DNA of 64,000 bases from Eubacteriales bacterium (lineage in GTDB: Bacteria; Bacillota; Clostridia; Oscillospirales; CAG-382), in assembly GCA_045595165.1 (NCBI GenBank), contig JAZNZY010000021.1, forward strand, positions 51,382 through 115,381. The letters run 5' to 3'. Each line of letters begins with the position of its first letter. Position 1 is the first letter of the stretch. The notes under the pieces were generated by a model. That model did no database searches. It saw only the letters and a list, made by a program, of their open reading frames with translations, and had not been told where the DNA came from. Of this stretch, positions 1 through 8,376 are shown piece by piece. A program made the translations under genes and the position numbers.

Positions 1-956
1 GAAAAGGACACTCCGTAACGGCGGGCACAGCCGGCAAAGATTCCGTCAGGCGAGAGAGAATCCGTATTATATGCGGGAAGGGATTGCACGCTGCTCTTTA
101 CCTCCGACCAATAGGAAGCAAGGTCATCTCCCGTTTCCGCAAGGCGGAGAGAAGGAGAAATATCGCTTCCCACTATGATGGGACGGGCAGGAACGCGGGC
201 AAGGGCTGAATTGATTATCCAATTTGTGGAAACCTTGCGTATAAAATCCGCTTTTTCCTCTGCTGTGAGAGTGATGAAAGAAACGTCATCATCCTTACCC
301 TCGCAAAGATCGCGGTAAAGCTTGTTGGGCATACCTGCTTTGAATATGCGGGCATACAGTCTTAACATAGGCTTTACTCCCTTTACGGGACGGGCGGGGA
401 TAATATAACAATTCTGATCGAATATAAACGAAGAATCATCTGCTCTGTTGGTTATATAACATTCGTTATAGGGAACTCCGCACACCTCTTCAAAATATGC
501 GGTGGCAAGGCGGATGTAAGCCTCCCAAGTGCCGTTTGCGTAAATAGCGGAAATCAGTCTGGGATTAGCCGCGAAATAACCGTTTGCACGCTCGGCGTTG
601 CCGAACACGGTATCCCCTGCCAAAAATTCCTCGTTAAAATAAGGCAGGCGGTTTTCGGTAAAGGAAAAGGTTCCGTCATTATGAAGCACTGCGGGGATAT
701 AATAAAGTCCCTTAAGGAGTGCGGGAGAGGAGGAAGAATATATACCTCCCGCCACGGTGGTGTTTACGGATTTTGCAACGATAAGTACATCCGTATCACC
801 CGTTATGCGCATATCCTCTGCCAGAGTCACGAAACGGTTTGAATTTATTTTGCCTTGTAATATATCGTAGGAGTTAACGGGCAGAGCACCCTGCATAGGC
901 GGATAAAGCTCCGTGCCGTTATTGAGCGCATCAAACAGATACTTTGTTATGCTCAT
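1..956 (-). CDS. hypothetical protein, 5' part only (318 codons); C-terminus lies beyond the left edge
   Basis: Absent from the ORF track because there is no stop in the window. ATG at 956-954 with a GGAGGG RBS (complement of 963-968). Hand translation MSITKYLFDALNNGTELYPPMQGALPVNSYDILQGK... stays open to base 1. No family recognised. Confidence 0.7.
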   Translation of the reverse strand, partial: MSITKYLFDALNNGTELYPPMQGALPVNSYDILQGKINSNRFVTLAEDMRITGDTDVLIVAKSVNTTVAGGIYSSSSPALLKGLYYIPAVLHNDGTFSFTENRLPYFNEEFLAGDTVFGNAERANGYFAANPRLISAIYANGTWEAYIRLATAYFEEVCGVPYNECYITNRADDSSFIFDQNCYIIPARPVKGVKPMLRLYARIFKAGMPNKLYRDLCEGKDDDVSFITLTAEEKADFIRKVSTNWIINSALARVPARPIIVGSDISPSLRLAETGDDLASYWSEVKSSVQSLPAYNTDSLSPDGIFAGCARRYGVSF

Positions 957-1107
957 ATACATCCCTCCAAAATTTTAATATAAAGATACAGATATAGAAT
1001 ATCACACTTTTTTAAATTGTGCAACTAAAATATTGTTTTTTTACATATTTTTTTGTTAAACACGAACAAAACCATGCTCAAATCACCCCGAAAAAGAAAT
1101 CACCCCA

Positions 1108-1140
1108 AGAAGAAACCGCCGCCGAAAAACACGGCGGCAG
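1108..1140 (-). terminator. rho-independent terminator candidate downstream of the SGNH remnant / transglutaminase gene
   Basis: Minus strand reads gccgccg-tgttttt-cggcggc followed by a T-rich tract. Confidence 0.45.
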
Positions 1141-1144
1141 GCTT

Positions 1145-1231
1145 TCAAAAGTATTCTTTTATATGTTTTGCTATGTTTTCGCCCCAGACGGCACAGCCCA
1201 AGGGCATCCGATAGGAAATCCGCCCGACCGG
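1145..1231 (-). pseudogene. 3'-terminal remnant (28 codons plus stop) of an SGNH/GDSL hydrolase paralogue
   Basis: Minus-strand frame gives PVGRISYRMPLGCAVWGENIAKHIKEYF*. The C-terminus of the intact gene at 3447..4502 is PVFGGHPHDEGCAVWGENIALHMKEYLS*. An identical 24-nt block ttttcgccccagacggcacagccc occurs at 1176-1199 and 3481-3504. No start codon or upstream body is present. Confidence 0.55.
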
Positions 1232-1249
1232 TTTTTCGCTTTGTAAAGA

Positions 1250-3433
1250 TTAATCTGTGTTTTTCGAGCGTTTTCGCGCTTTAGTTACAAGAATAATAAC
1301 AACTGCTATTCCCGCGAAGAGCAGTGCTCCGACAGCGGCTAAAGCCCATGCCAAAACGCTATCAGCTACTGACTGCGACACAGCGGTATTTAAAATAACG
1401 AAGACGGAAAAATGGTTTGTAGTAAAGGTGACGCTGTTAGCAGAAACTAAGGTGTTCACGGCCTCTAAACCGCCGTCCTCAGTTACGCAATAAACCGTAT
1501 AGTCCTCTGTGGAATACGCATCTTCGCAATTAAACGGCAATGTAACGGAAACGGTGCCGTTTCCAAAATCGTGGATATATTCCTGCCCGCTACGAAGGTT
1601 GATTTCATAGATTATTACTGAATTCTTATCGGCAAGTGCTGATTGCTGTACTGCGGAAAGGTTTTCCAAAAGAACGGGTGTGAGTTCAACGGTAAACAAT
1701 TCGGACGTTTTCTGTTCGGCAACGGCGGTTAGCGCGGCGCTGTCAAAAGCAACAATGGCATTCCCCACAGAGATTTCCATAGAAATCCCGCGCTGCGCCG
1801 CCTGCGCTGCTATATCCGTTCCAAAAGACAGCCCGTTACAACCTTCGGAAGCAGAAAATGAAAGCGTTCCGCCATCTGCGGTATTGTTAAGCAATTCGGT
1901 TTGCTGTTGCTCATCCAAAATATCAATAAACGTATCGGTAGGCGGACAGCTAATATCAGATTCGTCTTCCGAATTGTCTTTTTGTTCGGAGCTCACTTTT
2001 CCGAATTCGGTAGGACGGGAAATGTCATTTTTGAAGTATACCGTAAATCCGGTTTCATACTGAAGACCGATGGAAACCAGTTTTCCGTCCACAAGTTCAA
2101 AGCCGTCCTGCAAAAGCGAATCCACAAGGTCTGTATCCGACTTTATCCATTCCGGCAAGTCCATAATTGTTTTCAGATATCCCTTAATATTGAATTCCGC
2201 ATGGCCTTCTTTATGATTAGTGATCACGCCGTTTTCGTCAATAGATGCAATCTCGGGGTTGTCACTCGTCCATTCAATAAGCGGTTCAACATATATAAAA
2301 TCTTCGGTTTCCGGCATTTCCATCTCTATCGGTTCAAGAAGCTTGCCGTTAAAGCCGGTTTTCACGTTCAGCCAACCGTAGCGTATACGGCACTCTGATT
2401 GATCAACACACAGTTTCAAGGCATTACCCTGATTCATATAATATTGCACACCGTTCAAGGCAAGAACAGTGGCGGCGGCGTTTACGCCGTTTTCATAGGA
2501 ATAGGTTAATCCGAAGAAATCGTGCCAGCCATTTCTGAAAAGCTCGCCTACGATCATTTCGTCCTTGCGTTCGGGATTTTCCAAATAATCTGTTCCGCAC
2601 CCGTCACCGGTATAAGGATTTGAGTGGGTAACCAGATCGTTAACCCAAATCAATTTAGAACCGGCATCGGACGGTTTTTCGCCGCTGTACAGCATAAACC
2701 GGCCGTCAATATAAACCTCTCCGCTGAGGTTTCTGGCCGGAACGGGACCGTCGCTGTCATAGATCGGTCTGATAAACTCGATATTGTCTAAAAAATAAAT
2801 TCGAGATATCATATCTCTGTCTGTGTATGGATTAACGCCCCAGACCGGGTCATATAGACGCCATTCGCCATCTACATATACGAAGCACCAGGCGTGACCG
2901 ACATATCCGGGTTTTGAGATATCTTCAAAGGTCACCGAAGCCATATCATCTCTGCAGCCATCGCCCCACGCGGCTGGAATGCCTGCCAAGCGACACATAT
3001 CGCGCATAAGCATAGCTTGACCCAAGCAGTTGCCAACGCCGTCGTAAAGCACGTCATAGGAATAAGACGATCCGTCTTCGATGTATTCAATATTCTCCAC
3101 GATCCAGCCGATGATGGCATCTACCTTTTCTTGGTCGGTAGTACAGCCTTGTATGACCGATTGGGTGTGCTCGGTTAAAATGCGTTTGTCCTCATCCAAT
3201 CCGTACGTCCAACGCAGACCCAGTTCTGGATATTTTTCAATATAAATCTCATCAAGATATCGAAAATTGTCCTCTGTCATTTTAGGTGTGTATTTGAACA
3301 AAACGTCGTCCTTTTCCTCGGCAAAAGCCACCGAGCCGGTAGGTGTAGACGAAAAAACAAGAATAAGTGCAAAAGCCAGCACCGCAATACGGTACAGTTT
3401 CACGGAAAGCAAGATAACTACCGCCTTTTTCAT
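1250..3433 (-). CDS. secreted, membrane-anchored transglutaminase-like protein with an Ig-like (Big_2-type) domain
   Basis: N-terminal signal/TM segment. Cys-His-Asp core motifs GNCLGQAMLM, GHAWCFVYVDGEW and YDPVWG. Big_2-like SDNPEIASIDENGVITNHKEGHAEFNIKG. C-terminal TM followed by the basic tail KARKRSK. RBS aaaggag lies upstream. Confidence 0.8.
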   Translation of the reverse strand: MKKAVVILLSVKLYRIAVLAFALILVFSSTPTGSVAFAEEKDDVLFKYTPKMTEDNFRYLDEIYIEKYPELGLRWTYGLDEDKRILTEHTQSVIQGCTTDQEKVDAIIGWIVENIEYIEDGSSYSYDVLYDGVGNCLGQAMLMRDMCRLAGIPAAWGDGCRDDMASVTFEDISKPGYVGHAWCFVYVDGEWRLYDPVWGVNPYTDRDMISRIYFLDNIEFIRPIYDSDGPVPARNLSGEVYIDGRFMLYSGEKPSDAGSKLIWVNDLVTHSNPYTGDGCGTDYLENPERKDEMIVGELFRNGWHDFFGLTYSYENGVNAAATVLALNGVQYYMNQGNALKLCVDQSECRIRYGWLNVKTGFNGKLLEPIEMEMPETEDFIYVEPLIEWTSDNPEIASIDENGVITNHKEGHAEFNIKGYLKTIMDLPEWIKSDTDLVDSLLQDGFELVDGKLVSIGLQYETGFTVYFKNDISRPTEFGKVSSEQKDNSEDESDISCPPTDTFIDILDEQQQTELLNNTADGGTLSFSASEGCNGLSFGTDIAAQAAQRGISMEISVGNAIVAFDSAALTAVAEQKTSELFTVELTPVLLENLSAVQQSALADKNSVIIYEINLRSGQEYIHDFGNGTVSVTLPFNCEDAYSTEDYTVYCVTEDGGLEAVNTLVSANSVTFTTNHFSVFVILNTAVSQSVADSVLAWALAAVGALLFAGIAVVIILVTKARKRSKNTD

Positions 3434-3446
3434 ATTTTTCTCCTTT

Positions 3447-4502
3447 TTAAGACAGATATTCTTTCATATGCAAAGCAATATTTTCGCCCCAGACGGCACA
3501 GCCCTCGTCGTGAGGATGTCCGCCGAACACGGGTAAATCCACGTCCCCGCCCTCGCACAGGAAGCGTGTGTTATCAAAGCAGCGGAAGAAGGTGTTTTTA
3601 ATATATTCGTTTACCTTTTTGCAATTTTTGGCGGCGGATTCGGGATATTCAAAGGGAGGCGCGGTCTGTACGACAACGCATATCCCGCATTTTCCCAGAA
3701 TGCCCGCAACACGAGTGATATCTCTGCATATATCTTGGGCACTTCTGCCGTGAAGAAGATCGTTTGTGCCAAGGCAGATAACGCAAATATCGCAATCCTT
3801 CGCTCTTTCCAGCCAAGCGGCATCGGATGCGGCATCGGATGCGCGGGCGGAGCCTATGCCAAGGTTATAAAAGGAATATTCCCTTCCCAGCTTTTCTGCG
3901 GCTACTGCGCACCAATGGGCGTAGCGGTTGGGAGTTGAGCCGATACCCTGGGTAATGGAATCTCCGAGGAAGCAGATGCGTTTTTTCACTTCCCTCTTTA
4001 CCTGCACGGTTAAAGGTACGGGAACAAAAGGAGTGCGGACCCAAGCGCCGTTTTCATAAATAAAGGTGGGGATAATTATTTCCTCGTGGCAGGGAAGCTT
4101 TTTGCCCTTAAATGCGTATTCCACGCAGAGATATTCGCCTCTACCCGCTTTGATTTTCACCGTGTCGGTAAAAAAGCGTTCACCGGGAAGAATGTTTTTA
4201 TATGATGCGCCTTCAAAAAGTATTTCTGTAAATTTTTCGGGCTGTGCGGGGTTTTCCATACCGCAACGGGGAACTACGCCTACGCGGGCGCAGGATATCT
4301 GCCACTCGCCGCAAAGCATATTCGCCACGGAGCGGGACCCGTCCGCAAAGGTGGAATCCACCGTGTTGCCGAACATAAAGCGGTATTCGCTTCCCCCTGC
4401 AAAAACCTTGTAATATATTCTGCAAAGGTGCTCTTTGCCGTCTGATTTAAAATATGTCTGGTCAGCGCTTGACGCCAAAGTATCGGAAACGAAAGTATGC
4501 AT
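3447..4502 (-). CDS. SGNH/GDSL family hydrolase with an N-terminal domain of about 165 aa of unknown function
   Basis: Block I FLGDSITQG, block III CLGTNDL and a C-terminal D/H block GGHPHDEG. RBS aaaggag lies upstream. Confidence 0.8.
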   Translation of the reverse strand: MHTFVSDTLASSADQTYFKSDGKEHLCRIYYKVFAGGSEYRFMFGNTVDSTFADGSRSVANMLCGEWQISCARVGVVPRCGMENPAQPEKFTEILFEGASYKNILPGERFFTDTVKIKAGRGEYLCVEYAFKGKKLPCHEEIIIPTFIYENGAWVRTPFVPVPLTVQVKREVKKRICFLGDSITQGIGSTPNRYAHWCAVAAEKLGREYSFYNLGIGSARASDAASDAAWLERAKDCDICVICLGTNDLLHGRSAQDICRDITRVAGILGKCGICVVVQTAPPFEYPESAAKNCKKVNEYIKNTFFRCFDNTRFLCEGGDVDLPVFGGHPHDEGCAVWGENIALHMKEYLS

Positions 4503-4527
4503 GGTATCAACTCCTTTAAGGTGAGTT

Positions 4528-5400
4528 TCAAATATAATCGGATAAAAGATGAAGCTGTGTTTGTTTTTCCGGATTTTTGCAGAATTTGTTGAACTCTTGC
4601 ACTAGTTCAGAAAAGGATGCGTCCTTTTCTATAACGTTTCCGTCATTGTCAATATATTCGCTACAAAACTCCATGCTATAAAACAAACCGCAAGGAACAA
4701 CCATAAAAGGACTGTTCAATTTAAAAACACGCTTTTTACGCCAAAGGTCCCTCTTAACGTAAACGCCTTTTTCGTCATACGAAGGCTGAAGAGAATCATC
4801 GTCAAGCGGTTCTTCGGAAAAATAAACAGCATTGTATTTTTTATCTTTCTCTGTAAAGAAGGTGTGCAATTCAGCCGCGGTTATTTCTTTGAAAAAACGT
4901 TTTTGGGAATCCCAATACCAGCAATAGATAAACAAGTTCCGTTTAACAAAAAAATCTGCAATACTTAACACCGCTTTTTCCGTCCAATAGCCGCTTGGAG
5001 AAAAGGTTTTGTATTTTATTTTGGGCTGCTTGCAAAAAGATATGGGATTATCAAACAGTTGGCAAGAGGGAGAATAATCAATTTTTACAGGCGGAAGCTT
5101 TTTCTCCTTGTTGCAAGCCGTACACTTGCAGATGATGTTTATTTCTTTAAAATCTTCTGTATCTTCTCTGCGAACATAATTAAAGGAAATGCTGAAAAAA
5201 TCATTTTTACACGAGCATTTCATAACAGGAGGATATTTTTCTTGTATAAGATCATACCAATAATCCGCACTGTCCAGCATAAAATAAGATTTATCGGTTC
5301 GGGTGGTTGCAACGCCTACACCCTCATCTCGAATGTAACGAATTTGAAATTCGTTTTCGCCGTCCGAAGTCACGATCGGTTTGGAAACAAAAACTTGCAT
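4528..5400 (-). CDS. hypothetical protein (Cys-rich, AT-rich gene)
   Basis: 290-aa ORF with a good RBS (aaaggag). Visibly more AT-rich than its neighbours. CSC...CKCTAC cysteine cluster. No family recognised. Confidence 0.65.
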   Translation of the reverse strand: MQVFVSKPIVTSDGENEFQIRYIRDEGVGVATTRTDKSYFMLDSADYWYDLIQEKYPPVMKCSCKNDFFSISFNYVRREDTEDFKEINIICKCTACNKEKKLPPVKIDYSPSCQLFDNPISFCKQPKIKYKTFSPSGYWTEKAVLSIADFFVKRNLFIYCWYWDSQKRFFKEITAAELHTFFTEKDKKYNAVYFSEEPLDDDSLQPSYDEKGVYVKRDLWRKKRVFKLNSPFMVVPCGLFYSMEFCSEYIDNDGNVIEKDASFSELVQEFNKFCKNPEKQTQLHLLSDYI

Positions 5401-5450
5401 AATATCACTCCTTTAAGGTGAGTATATCACGGAAGAAGAGAAAAATCAAG

Positions 5451-5775
5451 GCGTTTGCGCGGAGCGCAACATCATTGATGCGAAGCATCACATCGTTTGC
5501 ACGAAGTGGAACAAATCACGCCGTAGGCGTGTATGGAATCCGCAACTTGTTGCGGCATGGAATCAAGGCGGCGCCGTGTATGGAATCCGCAGCTTGTCTG
5601 CGGTATGGAATCAACACGAAGTGTTGAATGTAATCAATCCGAAGGTGAATACACGCTGACGCGTGATGCCATACGCCTAACGGTGATTCCATACACCCTG
5701 CGGGTGATTCCATGCCAATCCTTATGCACCCCAAAAGCGCAAAGCGTTTTCGGGGGACCCCGCTTCGGATTGGAT
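5451..5775. repeat. mini-hairpin array D1 (variable short palindromes separated by TATGGAAT / ATTCCATA octamers) 3' of tRNA-Ala
   Basis: Octamers at 5532, 5556, 5579, 5604 and 5627 (TATGGAAT type), then 5665, 5686 and 5707 (reverse-complement type). Hairpins include 5476-5490, 5517-5531, 5540-5555, 5587-5603, 5612-5626 and 5694-5706. Confidence 0.85.
5727..5762 (+). repeat. Rep-C copy (CACCCCAAAA-hairpin-TTTTCGGGGGACCCCG) nested in the loop of the last D1 hairpin
   Basis: caccccaaaagcgcaaagcgttttcgggggaccccg sits between ccaatcc (5715-5721) and ggattgg (5768-5774). Confidence 0.8.
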
Positions 5776-5776
5776 A

Positions 5777-5809
5777 GAAAAAAGACCGTTCGATGAACGG
5801 TCTTTTTTC
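5777..5809 (-). terminator. rho-independent terminator of tRNA-Ala
   Basis: agaccgttc-gat-gaacggtct flanked by A and T runs, directly after the tRNA CCA end. Confidence 0.85.
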
Positions 5810-5810
5810 T

Positions 5811-5885
5811 GGTGGAGCATACGGGACTCGAACCCGTGACCCCAACACTGCCAGTGTTGTGCGCTCCCAGCTGCGCTAATGCCCC
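5811..5885 (-). tRNA. tRNA-Ala (anticodon GGC), CCA encoded
   Basis: Minus strand reads GGGGCAT-TA-GCGCAGCTGGGAGCGC...CTGGCAG loop...ACGGG-TTCGAGT-CCCGT-ATGCTCC-A-CCA. The G3:U70 alanine identity pair is present. Confidence 0.93.
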
Positions 5886-5941
5886 GTCGAGGCAAATTAT
5901 AACATACGGTGCACGCGTTTGTCAATAATCTGCCGTAAAAA

Positions 5942-6718
5942 TCATATTGTGTGGGCGTAGACGGAAAAATGATACTCTTTTTCCAGTTCTTTTGCGGCGG
6001 AAACCGCTTCCCTTTCCGTTCCGAAAACGCCGAAGACTGCGCTTCCGCTTCCGCTTAACATTGCGTTTTTTGCGCCCAAAGCCAAAAGGCGTTTAATTGC
6101 GGTCTTACATTCCGAAGGACACACTGTATCAAAAGAATTGAAAAACAGGTTTTCCTTGTACGAAACCGTTTCTCTTTGCGTTTCGTCAAGAAGCGAATAC
6201 ATTTTTCCCGTGGGGCAATCCGCATCCGGCTTGACTATGGCGAGATGAAGATGCTCCTTCTCCATTGGGGTGACAATATCACCGATACCGCCGCATCTTG
6301 CCTTGCCGCCGTAAACGCAAAAGGGTATATCCGCGCCAAGAGGCGCGCTGATGCTTGCAAGGGTCTGCGTATCCAGCCCCGCATTATACATTTCATTAAG
6401 CCCGCGGAGGACTGCCGCCGCATCTGCGCTGCCGCCGCCCAACCCCGCTTTGGAGGGAATGTGCTTTTTTACGGTTATTTTAACGGACGGAATTGTGCCC
6501 GTGTAACCGAAAAACGCCTGCGCCGCGCGGTACGCAAGATTATCCCTTTCGGGCACGTCCATATCGCAAAAAACACGCAATGTATCGCACTTTTCGAATG
6601 ATACCTCATCATACAGGCTTACGGTGTGCATTACGGTATCTATTTGGTGATACCCGTCTTCACGCTTTTGCCCGACGGACAAAAACAGATTTATTTTTGC
6701 AAACGCTTTTTCTGTCAT
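5942..6718 (-). CDS. ispE: 4-(cytidine 5'-diphospho)-2-C-methyl-D-erythritol kinase
   Basis: MTEKAFAKINLFLSV..., GHMP kinase motif PSKAGLGGGSADAAA. Confidence 0.9.
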   Translation of the reverse strand: MTEKAFAKINLFLSVGQKREDGYHQIDTVMHTVSLYDEVSFEKCDTLRVFCDMDVPERDNLAYRAAQAFFGYTGTIPSVKITVKKHIPSKAGLGGGSADAAAVLRGLNEMYNAGLDTQTLASISAPLGADIPFCVYGGKARCGGIGDIVTPMEKEHLHLAIVKPDADCPTGKMYSLLDETQRETVSYKENLFFNSFDTVCPSECKTAIKRLLALGAKNAMLSGSGSAVFGVFGTEREAVSAAKELEKEYHFSVYAHTI

Positions 6719-7890
6719 TTGGAAAGGTCCTTAACGAATTCGTTTATACGCAAAATTGCTTTTTTAATATGGGTTGCGGAGTATGCGTAGGAAATACGGG
6801 CATAGCCCTCTCCGCTTTCGCCGAATGCGTTTCCGGGGACTATTGCCACTCCTTTTTCGTTCAAAAGCCGTTCGCAGAATTCCTCCGAAGACATACCGAA
6901 ACGGGAAATATCCGCAAATACGTAAAACGCTCCGTCAGGCATCATACAGTCGATACCCGCTTCATGCAAGCCCTTTACGATAAGTCTGCGTCTGCCGTTG
7001 TATTCGTCACGCATATATTCGATATCCCCATCCCCGTTTTTGACCGCTTCAACGGCGGCGTACTGGGCGGTGGTAGGGGCGCACATTATACCGTACTGAT
7101 GTATCTTGTGCATCTGCGCCGTTATCTCACGGGGGGCAAGGGTGTATCCCATACGCCAGCCCGTCATAGCGTAGGCTTTTGAAAATCCGTTTGCCACGAT
7201 AGTACGCTCCCGCATACCATCAAGAGAAGCGATGGAAACGTGCTTTGCGCCGTATGTAAGCTCTGCATATATCTCATCGGAAACAACCACGAGATCGTGC
7301 TTGATGATCACGGGCGCGATGGCTTCAAGCTGTTCTTTTGTCATTATAGAACCGGTGGGGTTATTGGGGAAGGGCAAAACAAGCGCTTTTGTTTTTGGAG
7401 TTATGTGCGCTTCCAGTTCTTCCGCCGTGAGAACGAATCCGTTTTCCTTTTTCAAAGGAAGTATAACGGGCACGCCTCCTGCCATAGTAACCAGAGGATC
7501 GTAACACACGAAGGAGGGCTGGGGCACGATAACCTCATCTCCCGGATCAACGATTGCACGGAGCGCGAGATCGATAGCCTCGCTTCCTCCCACGGTAACC
7601 AGAATTTCATCCTTGGGGTCATAGGTAAGACCGAAGCGGCGGAGTGCATATTTCGATAATTCCACACGCAGTTCCATAAGACCGCTGTTGGAGGTGTAGT
7701 AGGTCCTGCCCTCCTCAAGAGAGCGTATACCTGCTTCACGGATATGCCAGGGAGTGATAAAATCGGGCTGACCTACGGTGAGGGCGACCACGTCTTTGCG
7801 GTTCTCAAGCATATCGAAAAATTTTCTTATTCCCGAAGGCTGCAAGGAGCAAGCCCTTTGGGAAAGGATTTTGCTGTAGTCCATTACCAA
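6715..7890 (-). CDS. pyridoxal-phosphate-dependent aminotransferase (class I/II, AspC-like)
   Basis: SGIRKFFD near the N-terminus, NPTG, and SFSKAYAMTGWRMGY (PLP lysine motif). The start may instead be the Met at 7884. Confidence 0.85.
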   Translation of the reverse strand: MVMDYSKILSQRACSLQPSGIRKFFDMLENRKDVVALTVGQPDFITPWHIREAGIRSLEEGRTYYTSNSGLMELRVELSKYALRRFGLTYDPKDEILVTVGGSEAIDLALRAIVDPGDEVIVPQPSFVCYDPLVTMAGGVPVILPLKKENGFVLTAEELEAHITPKTKALVLPFPNNPTGSIMTKEQLEAIAPVIIKHDLVVVSDEIYAELTYGAKHVSIASLDGMRERTIVANGFSKAYAMTGWRMGYTLAPREITAQMHKIHQYGIMCAPTTAQYAAVEAVKNGDGDIEYMRDEYNGRRRLIVKGLHEAGIDCMMPDGAFYVFADISRFGMSSEEFCERLLNEKGVAIVPGNAFGESGEGYARISYAYSATHIKKAILRINEFVKDLSK

Positions 7891-8363
7891 CCGTTACCTC
7901 TCAGGTCCACGGGGTCTTTTTCAAAGTTTACGCCCCAATCCTTGTAGCGTTCCATTATAAAATGGGTAGCGGTTGCGGTAACTCCGTCGATAGTGGCAAG
8001 CTGTTCCGCCACGAACACGGCAACGTCACGCATAGTGCGGCATTCCACCAGCACGGCGAGATCGTATGCGCCGGACATAAGGAACACGCTTTTTACCTCT
8101 TCGTAATTTGCGACACGCTCTGCCACCGCATCAAAGCCTTTATCACGCTGGGGAACGGTCTTGAGCTCGATAAAAGCGGAAACGCTTTCCTTGCCTGCCT
8201 TGTCCCAGTTGATAATGGTCTTTGTGCCCAGAATAATACCTTCGTTTTTACACTCGTCAAGCAGGTTTTTTACTGTGTTAACATCGGTATCCAGCATTAC
8301 TGCAAGCTCGTCCGCACAAAGGAGAGGGTTTTTTTCGATAATCGAAAGAAGCTTTGTTTTCAT
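7884..8363 (-). CDS. Lrp/AsnC family transcriptional regulator
   Basis: N-terminal HTH (LLSIIEKNPLLCADELAVMLDTDVNTVKNLL) plus a C-terminal AsnC-type ligand domain. 159 aa. Confidence 0.8.
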   Translation of the reverse strand: MKTKLLSIIEKNPLLCADELAVMLDTDVNTVKNLLDECKNEGIILGTKTIINWDKAGKESVSAFIELKTVPQRDKGFDAVAERVANYEEVKSVFLMSGAYDLAVLVECRTMRDVAVFVAEQLATIDGVTATATHFIMERYKDWGVNFEKDPVDLRGNGW

Positions 8364-8376
8364 ATTTTATTCACTC

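Noticed and set aside
1-956. Temptation to call the truncated left-edge gene a helicase or defence protein from the general look of its N-terminus.
   Set aside because: No Walker or other diagnostic motif lies within the 318 visible residues, so the call would be a guess. It is left as hypothetical.
1019-1246. A 75-aa ORF on the + strand.
   Set aside because: It is antisense to the SGNH remnant and terminator and spans Rep-C fragments. There are no translation signals.
5451-5775. Possibility that the mini-hairpin arrays (also 30511-30684) are CRISPR arrays.
   Set aside because: The constant unit is only 8 nt. The variable units are 13-20 nt and self-complementary. The motif flips orientation mid-array. 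No leader or cas genes are present in the window. This is not CRISPR architecture.
1-5810. Calling the whole left segment an integrated genomic island at tRNA-Ala.
   Set aside because: No integrase, recombinase or direct repeat of the tRNA 3' end is visible in the window, and the left boundary is off-window. It is kept only as a weak hypothesis under the orphan-gene finding.
5418-5925. Four ORF-track entries (5418..5627+, 5516..5848-, 5533..5796+, 5722..5925-) covering the region beside tRNA-Ala.
   Set aside because: They run through the hairpin/octamer array, the terminator and the tRNA itself. None has an RBS. Their Arg/Cys/Gly-rich repetitive translations mirror the palindromic DNA. They are treated as non-coding.
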